DNA of 64,000 nucleotides from Candidatus Microgenomatus sp. (GTDB lineage Bacteria; Patescibacteriota; Microgenomatia; UBA8517): NCBI GenBank assembly GCA_020724585.1, contig DYGS01000001.1, positions 674,535 to 738,534 of the forward strand, read 5' to 3'. Shown piece by piece: positions 49,034 to 58,835 of this stretch (position 1 is its first letter; each line of letters starts with the position of its first letter). The notes under the pieces were generated by a model. It saw only the letters and a program-made list of their open reading frames with translations, ran no database searches and was not told where the DNA came from. The position numbers and the translations under genes were made by a program.

Positions 49034-49366
49034 TTATGCCTTGCTTGCCATTTGCCTTGCAAATTTACCCAAAAAAGGAACTTCCCATTCCTCCCCCATC
49101 CAGGCTTTGTAAATACACATAAGCCAAAGAATAAAGCTCACAATCCCAACCAAAGGCACTAAAATTGCCAAAACTATAGTCAATCCAAGCATCCATTGCA
49201 ACGCAAAAAGCGACACAAAAACAACTATCGACTGCATAGCATGAAACCTGACATATTTATCTTTTTCTAAAACAAGCATTAATACACCCGTAATTGGGCC
49301 TAAAACATAAGCTATTGCACCCGCAGTCTCTTTTTTCAAACCTGTTGTACTTTTTTGTTCTGCCAT
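49034..49366 (-). CDS. DUF4870-like small membrane protein
   Basis: 'AIAYVLGPITGVLMLVLEKDKYVRFHAMQS'. Confidence 0.5.
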   Translation of the reverse strand: MAEQKSTTGLKKETAGAIAYVLGPITGVLMLVLEKDKYVRFHAMQSIVVFVSLFALQWMLGLTIVLAILVPLVGIVSFILWLMCIYKAWMGEEWEVPFLGKFARQMASKA

Positions 49367-49391
49367 TTAAATCACCTCCAAATCTATCTAA

Positions 49392-50747
49392 TTAAAATAT
49401 ACCAGCTATCGTCTTAAAACTAAAGTACCCAAAAAATACAAAAGCTATTGTCATTATTCCCAGTCTTATAAAATCTGGTTTGATCTGGTCAGCAAGATAT
49501 CTATTATTTACCCACACAGTTAAACCAATATGGATAAACATTGAAATAGCATTTAAAACTGCAGAAATTGTAATCAAAAGTAGAGGCTGGCTTATATTGG
49601 TAAAGAAAATTATTATTCCAGCCAGAATTTGTAGCCAAAGAAAAAAATAATATATCTTTGGTAGAACTCTAGTAGTCCATTTATTTTGATTAATTAAAAG
49701 CAAGTTCTCTGCCATTATTCTACTTGTTGCATCCATAACTGTTAATTGAGTATTAAATAACATTACTCCTCCGATTATTAAAAATAATGTGCCCAAAATA
49801 GGCAGTGTGCTTTTGGCTATTTCAAAACTTTCAAAAATCATGAAATCAACACCACCCTGAGGGGTAACTTTTCCGTAAACTGTAGAATACGCAAGAAGCG
49901 CAAGCATTAAAATTGAAACAATGCTCCCTCCCCAAAAAACTATCAAATGCTCAAGGTTTGTAACTTTCCACCAATCTTTAAATCTTTTTAAATTAATATC
50001 ATTTAATTTAAAGTGCTCACCTACTAGCTTGATCTCCTCTACTTTTCCAGAAAGTATACTTGTAATTCTGCCACCATATTTTCCCATACCATAGCCTTTT
50101 TCTTTAATATAAAAGCTTTGAGCTAAATTTAGGTTTCCACCTGCACCAGCAAATGCAAAAGCCGCCAAAAATGAGGCTAGTGGCAAATCTTTTGGAAATG
50201 GCTTTAAAAATCCAAGTAAACCGTTTGAAAGCTCTAAATAATCAGATTTTGTAGCTATATAAAAAACTAAAAATAAAATAAGTGGAATGCCAATAATTGT
50301 TATACTAATAGCAATTTTTTCAACTGTTTTATAAAGTATTTTTCCAAAAGTTAAAATTAAACCAATTAATAGCAGAAGTATTACCCCTAATAATTTAAAA
50401 TTTGAGATACCAAAAACTTCTGAAAAAAGTCTTGCTGATGTTGCAATAATTCCTGGCCAGATCCAGGCCAAAAGGGTAGAAAAGATAAACCAATAAGGAA
50501 GTAAACTAAATAGTTTTTTGTAGCCTACAAATACGCTTTCCCCTCGAGCAAGCGCATACCTTTCAATTTCCATGTTTATAACAAACTGAAATGTAACCCC
50601 TAAAACAGCTGCCCAAATAATCATCATGCCAAAATTACTTGTTAAATATGGCCAAAGTATAAGTTCGCCTGAACCTAGTCCTAGACCAAGAAGAATAAAA
50701 GAAGGTCCTAAAAGCTTAACAAATCTTGGGGCCTTGGGCATTTCCAT
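49392..50747 (-). CDS. Polytopic membrane transporter (NRAMP-superfamily-like)
   Basis: 11-12 TM helices. The N-terminal 'GPSFILLGLGLGSGELILWP' layout is reminiscent of NRAMP but lacks DPGN. Confidence 0.35.
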   Translation of the reverse strand: MEMPKAPRFVKLLGPSFILLGLGLGSGELILWPYLTSNFGMMIIWAAVLGVTFQFVINMEIERYALARGESVFVGYKKLFSLLPYWFIFSTLLAWIWPGIIATSARLFSEVFGISNFKLLGVILLLLIGLILTFGKILYKTVEKIAISITIIGIPLILFLVFYIATKSDYLELSNGLLGFLKPFPKDLPLASFLAAFAFAGAGGNLNLAQSFYIKEKGYGMGKYGGRITSILSGKVEEIKLVGEHFKLNDINLKRFKDWWKVTNLEHLIVFWGGSIVSILMLALLAYSTVYGKVTPQGGVDFMIFESFEIAKSTLPILGTLFLIIGGVMLFNTQLTVMDATSRIMAENLLLINQNKWTTRVLPKIYYFFLWLQILAGIIIFFTNISQPLLLITISAVLNAISMFIHIGLTVWVNNRYLADQIKPDFIRLGIMTIAFVFFGYFSFKTIAGIF

Positions 50748-50879
50748 ATAAATATGTTATAACAAACTCAAAACAAAATGTCGATTTTTGCAATCGATGT
50801 TTTGAGTTTGATATATTGGAATTCTATGCTTGTCAAACAAAATAACAAGACTGTCATTCTGTTTTAATATGACTATATA

Positions 50880-52580
50880 TCAAACTTTTTGGAGTTTAAA
50901 TAGCTTTTCGATTTCATCAAGATTTGTTATATCTTTTAAGCCTTTATCCTCTCTGAATTTAATAAGTCTTGGGAAACGAAGGGCATAGTTAGAAGTATGC
51001 TTAGGACTTACTGTAATCTCATCTGCAGCTAGTTCCACAACAATTTTAGGTAACACCCAGTAGTCAGGTGTTAGGTCTTTATGTACATCGTACTCTTTTG
51101 GTTTTTTATTTGAAATAATTTCTTTTAGTTTTTCGTTTAAAATTTTAAACTGCTCATCTGTTATTCCAGTTCCCACCTTAGTTAATGTAACTACATTTTC
51201 TCCATTTAATACTCCTGCCAAGAACTGTCCCACACCAAAACCTGATCTTTTACCTTTACCCACTGAATAGCCCATGATTACAGCGTCAATAGTATCTGAA
51301 AGCCTGCCTTTCATACCTTCTTCTTCTTTCATCTTGACCCAATTCCAACCAGTTCTACCTGAAACATATTTGCCATTGGCTCTTTTAACAACAACACCTT
51401 CAAGCCCTAGTTTTAAATATTTTTCATGAAGGTCTTTAATAACTTTTGGATCTGATGTAATCGTATTTTCATCCACTCTCAAGAGTTTACTGTTCCCAAT
51501 CCTTTTTTCTAACTCCTCTCTCCTCTTTATGTATTTCTCGTTTATTAAATTTTTTCCATCAACCATCAAAATATCAAAAACTTGAAACTGCAAGGGCGTT
51601 TCGCTCGATGATTTATCTATATCATGTTTTCTTCTCCTTTGAATAGTTTTTTGAAAGTCAACAAATTTTTCTCTGGTTTCATCAAGGCCAATTGCTTCAG
51701 TGTCAAGTATCACGCTATCTGCTTTTATATATTTACCAACTTCTTTTAATTCAGGAAAAATATTTTCATCTAACGCATTCATATTTCTAGTAAAAATTTT
51801 TAAATAATTGGGTTTTTGGAAATGAATAAAAATTCTAAGTCCATCAAACTTTGGTTCAACTGAAACTTCACCCATTTTTTTAATCATTTCTTCATATGTA
51901 CCAATTCTCTGACAAAGCATAGGCACAACAGGCACCCCAACCTTTGGGCTTATCTCTTGTAATTTGTTACTTTTTACCAACTCTGCGATATACCCAATAT
52001 CAGGTCTAACATTATAAGCAGATTCAATTTCATCTTCTGAAAGCTCGCCCTGAGCTTGTCGAAGGGCATCTAAGATTGTTTTTTCAGAAAAACCAAGTCT
52101 TAATCTTCCTGTTGGAATCCTTGTAACAAATCTCACAGAAAGTGGATCTAAGTTTTTAATAAGTTTTGCAAAGTTTTCAATTTTCCTATCCTGTGAACCC
52201 TCTCCAGAATCATTGGCTATTTTAACAAGTTTTAAAAAAACTTCCTGTACATTTTGATTTTTTGAGTTTTTGATTTTTTGAGTTTTTGAGAGCATCTCTG
52301 CAACTTCCCCTAAATCCCCTGTTTCTTTATATAACTTAGTTACATCATCCAAATTTTTGTTGTAAGCAATCGCTATTGCTCTTGCTACCATTTTTTCAGC
52401 CAAGTTTAAAACTAAACCTTCATAATTTGGGGCCAAAATACCAAGTGATAAATAAACAACTTCTTTGATTTCATTTTCTTTTGTTTCTTTAAATAAATCT
52501 TTAAGAATTGCAGTAATTTCAAGGCGTGAAGATGTTTTTTCTAATTTTTGTAAATACTCACTAAAACGACTAAATAACAT
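50880..52580 (-). CDS. ATP-dependent DNA ligase
   Basis: Motif I 'EPKFDGLR', OB-fold C-terminus. Contains the in-frame family-A repeat 'KTQKIKNSKNQNVQ'. Confidence 0.85.
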   Translation of the reverse strand: MLFSRFSEYLQKLEKTSSRLEITAILKDLFKETKENEIKEVVYLSLGILAPNYEGLVLNLAEKMVARAIAIAYNKNLDDVTKLYKETGDLGEVAEMLSKTQKIKNSKNQNVQEVFLKLVKIANDSGEGSQDRKIENFAKLIKNLDPLSVRFVTRIPTGRLRLGFSEKTILDALRQAQGELSEDEIESAYNVRPDIGYIAELVKSNKLQEISPKVGVPVVPMLCQRIGTYEEMIKKMGEVSVEPKFDGLRIFIHFQKPNYLKIFTRNMNALDENIFPELKEVGKYIKADSVILDTEAIGLDETREKFVDFQKTIQRRRKHDIDKSSSETPLQFQVFDILMVDGKNLINEKYIKRREELEKRIGNSKLLRVDENTITSDPKVIKDLHEKYLKLGLEGVVVKRANGKYVSGRTGWNWVKMKEEEGMKGRLSDTIDAVIMGYSVGKGKRSGFGVGQFLAGVLNGENVVTLTKVGTGITDEQFKILNEKLKEIISNKKPKEYDVHKDLTPDYWVLPKIVVELAADEITVSPKHTSNYALRFPRLIKFREDKGLKDITNLDEIEKLFKLQKV

Positions 52581-52607
52581 AACTATATTATAGTTTTATC
52601 CCATAGA

Positions 52608-52925
52608 TTGACAAGAAGAAGAAGAAGTAAAATATCAACCATGAAAGAATATTGTTTTGAGCCAGATCCATACGAAAATTTATACAAAAATTTAAATGTT
52701 AGGGGACAATTTAGTATGGCCACAGCTCAAGCTGCTTTTATGGCTGGTAAAGAGATGGGTATCCCCGTCTCGATTTTGGCGGAAGAAGGCGAGTCTATTG
52801 CCTTGGAGAATGGTATCAACACCAATGTATCGAAAAATTGCGTGTATTTAGAGGTTGCCAATAACGGCAGAGATTTATCTAAATTTTGGGAAAGAGTAAA
52901 CAAAATCAAAACTAAGCAAACCTAA
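52608..52925 (+). CDS. Hypothetical protein (105 aa)
   Basis: ORF only. Confidence 0.4.
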   Translation: MTRRRRSKISTMKEYCFEPDPYENLYKNLNVRGQFSMATAQAAFMAGKEMGIPVSILAEEGESIALENGINTNVSKNCVYLEVANNGRDLSKFWERVNKIKTKQT

Positions 52926-53193
52926 TCTCCAATCTTTTCCCCATTGCTTCTGCTATTCTTTGCATTAAATCAAGTGTAGGACTCACTGTAGCATTTTGAA
53001 TACGAGATATAACTGCTTGGGTAGTTTTAGCTTTTTTGGCAAGTTGTTGTTGACTTAATTTTTTCTCAATCCTTGCTTTAATTATTGCACTCATAAGCTG
53101 AAAGTGAGGTTCACTTTTTTCCCATTCTTTTCTAAACTTGGGATCTTTCATTTGTTTTTTAAGCACTTCGTCAAAAGAAATAAGTTTTCTCAT
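52912..53193 (-). CDS. higA: XRE-family HTH antitoxin (HigA-like)
   Basis: 'LSQQQLAKKAKTTQAVISRIQN' helix-turn-helix. Confidence 0.7.
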   Translation of the reverse strand: MRKLISFDEVLKKQMKDPKFRKEWEKSEPHFQLMSAIIKARIEKKLSQQQLAKKAKTTQAVISRIQNATVSPTLDLMQRIAEAMGKRLEIRFA

Positions 53194-53211
53194 ATAAAGA
53201 TATTATATCTT

Positions 53212-53553
53212 CTAAGATATATTTGTCAACTCTTTAAGCCTCTGAATTGAAACCTCAATTTCTTTAATTGGAGTTTTATTACTTTTCTTTGAGAACATAT
53301 TTAACACAACAACCCTTTTATCGCCTAATGCATAACAAATTATTCTAATGTTGTCCTTTCCAAGAATTCTAGATTCCCACAAATTAGATCCTGTTAACTT
53401 TCTTAAATATCTATTTTCGAGAGTTAAACCATACATTTTGATATGTTGAATGTGTCTTAAAATTTTTCTCGCGACCCTCACCTCAACATGTTGAATAAAA
53501 TCAGCAGGTGGAGAATTGCCACTCTGTGTCGTATAAAAATCAACTTGATACAT
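53212..53553 (-). CDS. higB: HigB/RelE-family (Gp49-like) toxin
   Basis: 'WESRI...IRIICYALGDKRVVVLNMFSKKSNKTPIKEI'. Toxin-upstream-of-antitoxin order matches HigBA. Confidence 0.65.
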   Translation of the reverse strand: MYQVDFYTTQSGNSPPADFIQHVEVRVARKILRHIQHIKMYGLTLENRYLRKLTGSNLWESRILGKDNIRIICYALGDKRVVVLNMFSKKSNKTPIKEIEVSIQRLKELTNIS

Positions 53554-53563
53554 ATATATGTAC

Positions 53564-53764
53564 CTACTTCGCTAGCATATAACTAGAAAAGAAGAAGTAG
53601 GCAAAGATAACCATCACTATAAACAACAATCCAAAAAAAATACTTATTAAACCACTCCACTCTTCATGGGCGCATTTATAAATTCCTTCTCCCATCAAAG
53701 TCAAACCAAATAAACTTGGTAAAACCAAGATCATATATAAAAATTGCGGATCATTTGGCATCAT
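53564..53764 (-). CDS. Small membrane protein (66 aa)
   Basis: Two hydrophobic helices. Confidence 0.35.
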   Translation of the reverse strand: MMPNDPQFLYMILVLPSLFGLTLMGEGIYKCAHEEWSGLISIFFGLLFIVMVIFAYFFFSSYMLAK

Positions 53765-54825
53765 GTTTTATTTAGTATATATCTTGCTGACTTAGTGCTT
53801 CCTTCTTTTTTGATAATTTTTTTATCAATCAGTGTTTTTAAATCTCGAAGTATTGTGTCTTCTGAAACCATTGGTATGAGTTTTTTAAGTTCTGCCATTG
53901 GCGCCCCACCTTGATCTGCTATATATTCCATCAATCTCATTTGCCGTTCAGTTAAAGAAACCTGCTCTCCAAACTTGACCTTAAGCCTCGTATCAAGGGA
54001 TAATTTTCTGACCTTTTCTTTAATTTTAACAAGTTCTACAGCAACGACCTCGGTAAAATACTCGACCCAAGGGGTTAAATCCCTCTGGGCAATGTTTAAA
54101 GAAGCTACATCAACCCTAAAAAGTGCATCATAATAAGCGGCCAAGTCTTTATCAAAATGTTCTTCAAGAGAAAAAAATCTTTTTATATCATATCCCTCTC
54201 GCAATAGAATAAGTATGGTAAAGGCCCTAACTGTTCTGCCGTTACCTTCAACAAATGGATGAATTGCAACCAAAACATAATGAGCTATTCCTGCTTTGAT
54301 AACCGGATGGACATCTTTTGAATTATCTGAGTTTAACCATCCAAAAAAATCCTGCAAAAGATATGGCACTTCAATCGAAGGCGGAGGTTTTAAAACTATT
54401 CTGTCCGTCCCCTCTTCTTTAATTATCACTTGCGTGCTTCTCAAAACACCAACTTTTGTTGCATCAATGATCTTGTCAACTGTAGCCTTATGTATATCAA
54501 GAAGTGTCTCTAAATCATACTGCCCTCTTTTATAGGCCAGTTCATCAATTAGGTTGATTACATTTCTATAATTTATAACCTCTTGAATGTCCCTCGGCTT
54601 ACCATACACATCCTGCCCTTCAAGAATTTTTTTTGTTTGAATTAGATTTAGCTCATTGCCCTCGATGTGAGTGCCGTGGTGGATTGTTCTTGCCGCCGCA
54701 TCTGTTTGGAATTGTTTTTCATAGGTTGGGACAAGCGGGGCGTTGATAATTACTTCTTTTGCAGCCTCTATTTGACCAATATTAGTTAATATTCTGTTTG
54801 TTATTGCATACTTTGGAGAATACAT
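53761..54825 (-). CDS. Fic/Doc-family protein (AMPylase-type) with C-terminal winged helix
   Basis: 'HPFVEGNGRTVRAF' Fic motif HPFx[DE]GNGR. Confidence 0.85.
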   Translation of the reverse strand: MYSPKYAITNRILTNIGQIEAAKEVIINAPLVPTYEKQFQTDAAARTIHHGTHIEGNELNLIQTKKILEGQDVYGKPRDIQEVINYRNVINLIDELAYKRGQYDLETLLDIHKATVDKIIDATKVGVLRSTQVIIKEEGTDRIVLKPPPSIEVPYLLQDFFGWLNSDNSKDVHPVIKAGIAHYVLVAIHPFVEGNGRTVRAFTILILLREGYDIKRFFSLEEHFDKDLAAYYDALFRVDVASLNIAQRDLTPWVEYFTEVVAVELVKIKEKVRKLSLDTRLKVKFGEQVSLTERQMRLMEYIADQGGAPMAELKKLIPMVSEDTILRDLKTLIDKKIIKKEGSTKSARYILNKT

Positions 54826-54864
54826 ACATTAAATATACCGCAATCTTTACGGAAAATAAATGGG

Positions 54865-55086
54865 TTAGTCTGGATATGTCCTTGGAGCATTTGGGTTAAA
54901 TCTTTCTGGTTGAGAAGGTCTCTGTGCCGGCACTGTTGGCGGGGGAGGAAAATTGTCTGGAGGTGGGGGTTCATCTGGAATAAAAACTTTAATTTTTTTA
55001 TATTTTTTTGTCCCTTCTGGCGTAACATAATCTAATACTACTCTTGTCTCGGTATGTCCTTTTGGTTTTTTTTGTAATAATTCCAT
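54865..55086 (-). CDS. Hypothetical Pro-rich small protein
   Basis: ORF only. Confidence 0.3.
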   Translation of the reverse strand: MELLQKKPKGHTETRVVLDYVTPEGTKKYKKIKVFIPDEPPPPDNFPPPPTVPAQRPSQPERFNPNAPRTYPD

Positions 55087-55092
55087 TATTGT

Positions 55093-56175
55093 CTACAAAT
55101 TTAGCATTTGAAATTTAGCATTTGGCATTTTTGGTACATTATGTTTATCTGCAGTTGTAATTATTGACTGATAATCTTTTATCAAATCAACTACAACCTT
55201 TCTATTGTTATGATCTAACTCTGAGAATATATCGTCAAGTAGTAAAACTGGCTTTACCCCAGTTTTTTCTTCTATAAATTTAATTTCATTTATTTTTAGC
55301 CACAAAACACCAAGCCTTTGTTCCCCTCTACTACCAAATGATGAGAGTTCTAATGTTTGGTAATTTTGAGTTTTGGATTTTTCGAGTTTTTGAAAGACAA
55401 AATCATCTCTATGAGGGCCAACTAATGTAGTCCCTGCTAAAACTTCTTCATTTTTATATTGTTCAAGTCTTCCCTCAGAAATGACCGATTTATCATAACT
55501 TAATGAAAAACTATTGCTAATTAACGACTCATTTGTGTTGCAATAGTCTATAAATTCTGCTCTCTTTTCTGTAATATAGGCACCATTTTTAATCAACAGT
55601 TGATTCCAAAATAGTAAATAAGACCTAGAAACCCTTTCTTCTCTAATTTTTAATAATATTTTATTTCTCTGTCTCAAGCCTTTTTCATATATCAAAAGTG
55701 ATTTTCTGTAGTTCCTGTCAATTTGGGACAAAACATAATCCATATAGCTTCTTCTTTTGCTTGGTGAACCGGTGACAAGCTCAATATCTTCAGGTAAGAA
55801 AAGTGTTGCTTTTGAATTGCCTGCAAAGTCTATTTGCCTTCGGGCGATATTATTAACAAACAATTTCTTTTTTTGAACTTTCTCAATATTATTTTTTCCA
55901 TAATCTAAAAAGCCTCTGGTTAATACAACTTTTAAATTAAAGCCCTCTTCTTTGCCAAATATACCTTCTATGTGGCAAATATCTTTGTCGTTTTTAATAA
56001 TTTCTGATTCTAATTTTGCCTTAAAACTTTTTCCCAAAGATAAAATATATATTGCCTCAAGTATGTTGGTTTTTCCTGAAGCATTCGCTGCAATTATAAA
56101 ATTTATTTCGCTTTCAAAACTCAGCTCTTTTTTACCAAAGTTTCTGAAGTTGGTTAATTTTATGCTTTTTATCAT
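55093..56175 (-). CDS. recF: DNA replication and repair protein RecF
   Basis: 'LTNFRNF', Walker A 'ANASGKTNILEAI', signature 'GPHRDD', 'LLLDDIFSELD'. Contains an in-frame family-A repeat. Confidence 0.85.
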   Translation of the reverse strand: MIKSIKLTNFRNFGKKELSFESEINFIIAANASGKTNILEAIYILSLGKSFKAKLESEIIKNDKDICHIEGIFGKEEGFNLKVVLTRGFLDYGKNNIEKVQKKKLFVNNIARRQIDFAGNSKATLFLPEDIELVTGSPSKRRSYMDYVLSQIDRNYRKSLLIYEKGLRQRNKILLKIREERVSRSYLLFWNQLLIKNGAYITEKRAEFIDYCNTNESLISNSFSLSYDKSVISEGRLEQYKNEEVLAGTTLVGPHRDDFVFQKLEKSKTQNYQTLELSSFGSRGEQRLGVLWLKINEIKFIEEKTGVKPVLLLDDIFSELDHNNRKVVVDLIKDYQSIITTADKHNVPKMPNAKFQMLNL

Positions 56176-56177
56176 AA

Positions 56178-58367
56178 TTATGAAAGTAGTGGGTGAATAT
56201 ATTTTTTTATATCATTGTCTGTTAATTTAGTAAGATCGTCGCCTAAAAATATATTTCCGTTTAATTCTTTTATTTTGCCTTTCAAATTAAGCGTTTCTTC
56301 TTCATTCAATCCAAGTGATTTTCTACAAACAAAAACATCTGGATCTAAATTAAAATATTTTCGAAGATGATTACGTTTTTCAATATTGTTTAATACTTGA
56401 TTTAATCTATATTTATGAAATATTCTGGCTAATAATGGAATTCCATCGAGAAATGGGGAAATTGTATCTGGACCAATTCTGACTGAATCAGCAACGCCCA
56501 CAACGGGCAGTAAAGGAGCGCCACAAGCAACAGTATAGACATGTGGATATTTTAGTTTAATATACTTAAACATTTCTCTTATAAAACCACCCGCCTGTTT
56601 AGCAGTTATACCAGAAATAAAATATACACTATATAAAAAATCAAGTTTAAGTAAGTCAAATTTACAATTATTAAGCATAAAATCAATTGAATTAAAGATA
56701 AATGACTTTACTTCTTTCTTTCTAATATCAAGTAAGTATCTTTTAAAATAAAGGTTGTCTAAAAATGTCCAATTTATGCCATTTATAAATCTACCTTTTT
56801 TGGCAACAATCCAATCTTTATGCTTTTTAACTATCTCTGAATCAGGATCAACTAAAAAAGGTGCCATCCAAATACCTGACTTTTTACCATGTTTATGAAT
56901 ATCATTAGATAATTTTAATAATCCCTCCGGAAACTTATTAATAAATGTTTTATCCCATTCACCCCACTTTGTATACCCTTCATCAATTTGAATATAGTCA
57001 ACAGATATATTTTTACTTATTATTATTTTAGTTTGATCGAGTATCTTTTTGTCGTTTATATTTCTTCCAAAAGCATACCATGAACTCCAACCTTTTACAG
57101 GCTCTTTCAACTCTACTTTACCACTTATTTTCGGTATAAATTCACTATTAAGCGGATTGTAATCTCTGCGTAGAAAGGTATTTTTGCCTGACACACTCCA
57201 CGATTGCCACCCTGTTGACAGTATCGAATTATAGAATTTATATTTCTTAATTGATTTCTTATATATTTTTATTATTTTTCGTATGTTTAAATCAGAACTG
57301 AAACCTTTCGAAAACAAAACTGCATTTTTAGAAAGATGATTTATGTTATTAGTAAAAATACTTATGATCGCTTTTGCTAAGTCTTTTGAATTTGCTTCAA
57401 CAAGTCTCCCAAAATCTGTTTTTACCCACTCTCGGGTGACATCTGAATCAACTGCCACAATTGGCAATCCATAGCTGATAGCTTCCCAAAGTATAACGCC
57501 TTGGGTTTCCGTTCTTGACGAAAAGTAAAAAACATCTGCTGACTTGTAATAATAAGGCAATAAAGTTCGATCAATGTTGCCAACAAAACTAACGCTTTTT
57601 TCAAGACCCAACTTGTTAGTTAAATTAATTAAATCGTTCTTGGATGGTCCATCTCCACAAATAATTAATCGAAACCTTTTATTGAGATATTTCATGGAGT
57701 CAATTAAAATATTTACTTCTTTTTCGTTTGACAATCTTCCAACATACAATAATATATTTTTTGACTTTGATAAACTAATTATTTTTCTACATTTATTTTT
57801 AGATGGCAAGTTATGATCTAAATCATTGGGAATAGTCGGTATATATTGAATTTCTGAATTAACTCCCAACTTTTTAACAGTTGATACCATGCTTTTTGAT
57901 GGTACTAAGACACAGGTTGAGTAGTTACAAAGGCCAGATATTGGACTTTCTATCAATATCTTTTTTAAATCCTTAGTTAAAAATCTAAAATATTTTTTCG
58001 CATAATCACCGTACCTTGTATGATATGTAAAAATCAATGGAATTGATAATCGTTCAGATATTATTTTGGCGAAATAACCAATATGGCCTGGGTGATGAAC
58101 ATGAATAATGTTTGGTTTAAATGCTTTTATTTTATCAAAAATCATATCATTATAAATTAATAATGGTATGGGGTATTGAGGATATAAAGGATTTTTAGAT
58201 GAAGGATATCTATATATATCTTTTTTGTCTTTTAAAGTCCCATTCTTAGGAGCCATGACTAATACTTCATGTCCTCTTTTTTTTAACTCAACATAAAGAT
58301 TGTTCGCTGAAACAGAAACACCATTTATTGTTGGTGGGTATGTTGCGGTGATTATAAGAATTCGCAT
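56178..58367 (-). CDS. Fusion protein: GT4 glycosyltransferase (N-terminal) + TIM-barrel glycoside-hydrolase-like domain (C-terminal, alpha-galactosidase-like 'IDEGY..WGEW')
   Basis: 'MRILIITATYPPTINGVS' GT4 start and GT4 C-terminal motifs ~aa 200-330. Then 'DYIQIDEGYTKWGEWD', resembling the GH27/36 'hDDGW' motif. Confidence 0.55.
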   Translation of the reverse strand: MRILIITATYPPTINGVSVSANNLYVELKKRGHEVLVMAPKNGTLKDKKDIYRYPSSKNPLYPQYPIPLLIYNDMIFDKIKAFKPNIIHVHHPGHIGYFAKIISERLSIPLIFTYHTRYGDYAKKYFRFLTKDLKKILIESPISGLCNYSTCVLVPSKSMVSTVKKLGVNSEIQYIPTIPNDLDHNLPSKNKCRKIISLSKSKNILLYVGRLSNEKEVNILIDSMKYLNKRFRLIICGDGPSKNDLINLTNKLGLEKSVSFVGNIDRTLLPYYYKSADVFYFSSRTETQGVILWEAISYGLPIVAVDSDVTREWVKTDFGRLVEANSKDLAKAIISIFTNNINHLSKNAVLFSKGFSSDLNIRKIIKIYKKSIKKYKFYNSILSTGWQSWSVSGKNTFLRRDYNPLNSEFIPKISGKVELKEPVKGWSSWYAFGRNINDKKILDQTKIIISKNISVDYIQIDEGYTKWGEWDKTFINKFPEGLLKLSNDIHKHGKKSGIWMAPFLVDPDSEIVKKHKDWIVAKKGRFINGINWTFLDNLYFKRYLLDIRKKEVKSFIFNSIDFMLNNCKFDLLKLDFLYSVYFISGITAKQAGGFIREMFKYIKLKYPHVYTVACGAPLLPVVGVADSVRIGPDTISPFLDGIPLLARIFHKYRLNQVLNNIEKRNHLRKYFNLDPDVFVCRKSLGLNEEETLNLKGKIKELNGNIFLGDDLTKLTDNDIKKYIHPLLS

Positions 58368-58376
58368 GGTGATATT

Positions 58377-58835
58377 TTACCACCAAATTTTTAAACTTTT
58401 TAATATCCCCACAGTAAAAATGGTCGAGGGGATGTTGGCAACTATTACAACAAAGTATTTAAAAAGATTAGTCTGATTAAGAAGTAGCCTTGCAGTTAGA
58501 GATGAAAAAACTGGGCCACCTAAAGTACCAATTATAAAAGTTGCCAAAACCTTGCCATGATGAATATATTTTTTTAGGTATTTTCTTTCTTTTTTCTCTT
58601 CCTTTTTTTCTATTTCTTTTGCAAAAGGGAAAAACTTTTCGTGAGAAAAAATATATAAGAATAAGCAGGCAAAAAAGACTCCAAATAAATAAATCTGCAA
58701 AAAAGAAATAGATGCATTTTTGTTTAACAGTGCATGGGCTAGATTTATTTTTGACAGTGAAAAATACCCCACCAAAACAATTACTGCAAAGGCATGAGAC
58801 CAATGAAATTTAAAACCCCTATTTACTTTTGACAT
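58377..58835 (-). CDS. Hypothetical membrane protein
   Basis: Four TM helices. Confidence 0.45.
   Translation of the reverse strand: MSKVNRGFKFHWSHAFAVIVLVGYFSLSKINLAHALLNKNASISFLQIYLFGVFFACLFLYIFSHEKFFPFAKEIEKKEEKKERKYLKKYIHHGKVLATFIIGTLGGPVFSSLTARLLLNQTNLFKYFVVIVANIPSTIFTVGILKSLKIWW

Noticed and set aside
53761-54825. Fic inhibitory motif [ST]xxxE[GN] ('GTHIEGN')
   Set aside because: The spacing is one residue short of the canonical motif, so no claim of an intramolecular antitoxin helix was made.
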